64,000 nt of DNA from Malacoraja senta (lineage: Eukaryota): positions 10,542,001-10,606,000 of the forward strand of contig CM075988.1 in the NCBI GenBank assembly GCA_038087875.1, read 5' to 3'. The notes under the pieces were generated by a model. It did not search any database, was not told the origin of the DNA, and saw only the letters and a program-made list of their open reading frames with translations. The position numbers were made by a program, and so were the translations under genes. Positions 61,066 to 64,000 of this stretch are shown here, in pieces. Numbering within the stretch: position 1 is the first letter of the stretch; every line of letters begins with the position of its first letter.

Positions 61066-61734
61066 GTGCTCTTGTGTACTCCCAGAGTAATCTACCATTC
61101 CTACACACTGGTACTTAAGTACAATTGTGACAATGTATAATAAGTTTATTCCTGAAATGTATGCAAGAAATGGAATTTCAGTGCTTCTGGGTACAATAAA
61201 GCACGATACCTTCAAACCATTGAACCATTTCAGACCAATTAGTTTCAATTGAAATAGCCATTCTTGGTGTGTGACTGACAAATGCCTAAACCTCTTTTAG
61301 TCCCACACCAGAGGATTGTGTTTAGCCTGCTTCTGTTGCTGTCAGCAGTGTCTGTTCTTTGAATTACCTGCACAGTGCCGCATCTGTCTGCGCGTGTTCT
61401 GCTGTCTTAATGCAGCCCTGTATCCGTGGCATCTTGTCCAAGAGTGAGTGATGTGAGGCAGACAAACACAGACGGGAAGAAGCAATCTCTCTCTTTCATC
61501 CAAAGTGTTATCAGCTTGAAAACAATGATCAGACATCAGGTTGTAATCAGCGAAATGCGAGTTCAGATTCAGAAGGGTTGGGGGACTTCTGAGATTTGTG
61601 ACAATTCAAGATGAATGTTGTTGCAGTTTGGAAACTCACCTCCAGTGCATTTTGAGCGGGGTGGCCACGATCAGTATGTGTGGCATATTCCCAACAGGGA
61701 AGATGCACAGGAAATACTCAAACAGTGTGAACAG

Positions 61735-61880
61735 AAGATAGACACAAATTGCTGGAGTAACTCAGCGGGATAGGCAGCATCTCTGGAGAGAAGGAATGGG
61801 TGATGGTTCGGGTTGAGACCCCTCTTCAGACTGTGTCTATCTTCAAATTAAACCAGCATCTGCAGTTTTTTCCTACACAG
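61735..61880 (-). repeat. Penelope-terminal repeat copy with an inverted tail
   Basis: gatagacacaaattgctggagtaactcag...gagacccctcttcagact-gtgtctatc. Confidence 0.7.
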
Positions 61881-62634
61881 TGTGAACTGGGTGGGTTATA
61901 TTTTATGCAATCACACTATTCCCCTGTTTTCACCATTTGCCTTTGCTGCATAAAATAGCCGTTAAATAGATTTACGAAACACAGCTTGGGAAATTCCAAA
62001 ATGCAATCTTAAAAATTGAAATGTATTGAACACAGAACAATACAGCACAGAAACAGATGGCCCACAATTTCTGTTCTGAACATGATGCCAAGGTAAACTA
62101 ATCTTATCTGCCTGCACACGATCTATATCCCAACATTACCTGCATATCCATGTGTCTAGCCTCTTAAATGCCACCATCGATCGTATCTGCTTCCACCACA
62201 AACCCTGGCAGCATGATCTAGGCACCCACTATCCTCTGTGTAAAAAATAAACATGCGCGCACATCCCCAGTAAATATCTCAAAAAATATAAAAAATATAT
62301 ATATTCAATTGCCAGCATATTTCACTCATTGGATGAGCCACTTAAGAGAGCCCATCAGTGCTGTTTGTTGCCTCTCTTAATATTCTGAAAATTAAGTAAT
62401 GTTGTGACATATCTGACAGTGCAAATCAGTGAATAAAGTATTGGGATGGACCTTGCAACTTCTGGACCTCAACATCTATCAGATGCTCTCTATCAATTAT
62501 CCCATGTATTCATTGTGCAATTTAAAAGCTTCTGTTGCAATCCACCCTGCTGTTCTCCTCCAGTTTCTGTGCCAGGGTTTAGCCATATAACCAGAGGGAC
62601 AGGAGAATTTCAGATAAGTGAGTTTAGTATTTTT

Positions 62635-62930
62635 TTGTTTAGTTCAGCTTAGAGATACAGTGTGGAAACAGATCCTGCAGCCCACCAAGTCCGCACCGAC
62701 CAGTGATCCCTGTACACTAGCACGATCCCACATGGACAATTTATAATTTTTACCGAAGCCAAATTAACCCACAAACCAGTATGTCTTTGGAGTGTGGAAG
62801 GAAACCGGAGCACCCAAGGAAAACCCACACGGTCACAGGGGGAACGTACAAACTGTGTGCAGACAGCACTGGTAATCTGGATCGACCTGTAAGGCAGCTC
62901 CTCTACCGCTGCTCCACCGTGCCATACCCG
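62635..62930 (-). mobile_element. V-SINE (HE1-like)
   Basis: Same consensus as 9620-9920. Confidence 0.75.
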
Positions 62931-63419
62931 GTGCTGTATTCTATTTATCATCCACCTATATTTGTGACAATGTGTGCTGTATCATTTTTCACATTCATTC
63001 ATTCTTTGCAAACATTCTTTTAATCTTCTCTGACTTCAGTGTTTCCAGTTATTTCCTGCACTTCTTCAACCTCGTATGTCCTTTATCTCCTTGATAAGTC
63101 AGAATGATTTGGTTTAGGAAATTTATTCATTTCGCTTTGTAATTACTGTGGTTTCTTATTGATGATTTTCAGAACTCAGATTTAAAGGGCAGGTTATGCT
63201 TGACTAATTTAATCGAATTTTTTCTCCAGCAAGCTGCTCAGTGAATAGACTGAAAGGAGTGAAGTAGATAAGGTACGCATGGACTTACAGAAAGACCTTG
63301 TAGAATCATAACAGAGGCCACCTGCTGCAAAACGTAAAATCCACGTGAATAAAAAAGAAAAAGATGCCCGATGGCAGTAACCCTGAACAAATGGGGATTT
63401 AGAAGGAGGAGAAGGTAGG

Positions 63420-63725
63420 TGATGATTTAGTTCAGTTTAGAGATACAGCAGACAAGCAGTGCCTTTGGCTCATCGGGTCCGCACCGACAAGCGATCCCCA
63501 TACACTATCCTACACACTAGGGACAATTTACAATTGTTGATTTTTTAAAATTAACCTAGAAACCTGTATGTCTTTGTAGTGTGGGAGGAAACCAGAGTTC
63601 CCTGAGAAAACCCACACGGTCATTGGGAGAACGTATAAACTCCGTGCAGATGGCACCCATAGTCAGGATCGAACCTGGGTCTCTCGTGCTATTAAGCAAC
63701 AACTCTGCTGCTGTGCCGCCATGCT
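63420..63725 (-). mobile_element. V-SINE (HE1-like)
   Basis: Same consensus as 9620-9920. Confidence 0.75.
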
Positions 63726-64000
63726 GTGATGTGTTCAGATATTTAATTGGAAGTTTATTGGGTGTGGTGACGTGTATTGTGACAACTTTGAATGCACTGT
63801 CTTCTAGTTTCAATGCTTTAAAAGCAACGTTGCTGATTTTCCCCATTCACAGAGTGTTGATCACCTTTCCTCTGCTAATCCTCTTCCACCAACAAACAGT
63901 AACTGCTTGACTATGAGGTTTTTCAGGGACCCCAGGCACAACAGAAACTTGAAAGGTATAGAACATAGAACAACAACATGGGAACGTATCCGTAGGCATA

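Overview
Repeat-dense, CpG-depleted vertebrate DNA. The organism is most likely a cartilaginous fish such as a skate or ray, inferred from HE1/V-SINE-like SINEs and CR1/HER1-like LINEs with (TTTCTATG)n tails. No host protein-coding gene is confidently recognisable, so the window reads as a large intron or gene desert. It contains two young CR1 LINEs, one with an 898-bp tandem duplication of its 3' end. A full-length ~6.6-kb esterase-ORF1 LINE (RTEX-like) is inserted into a SINE. Two complete but decayed DIRS tyrosine-recombinase retrotransposons lie tail-to-tail. There are three copies of a CpG-rich PIF/Harbinger-like MITE, plus a 2-kb Harbinger-like element carrying an apparent captured signal-peptide exon. 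About 20 dispersed ~100-300-bp repeats carry a minimal hammerhead-ribozyme core (CUGAAGA...GAAAC-GUC); one copy lies downstream of a Penelope GIY-YIG C-terminal remnant. Several TE-free, TAAT-rich islands look like conserved non-coding elements. All family assignments come from motif recognition only; no database searches were run, and coordinates of degraded repeats are approximate.
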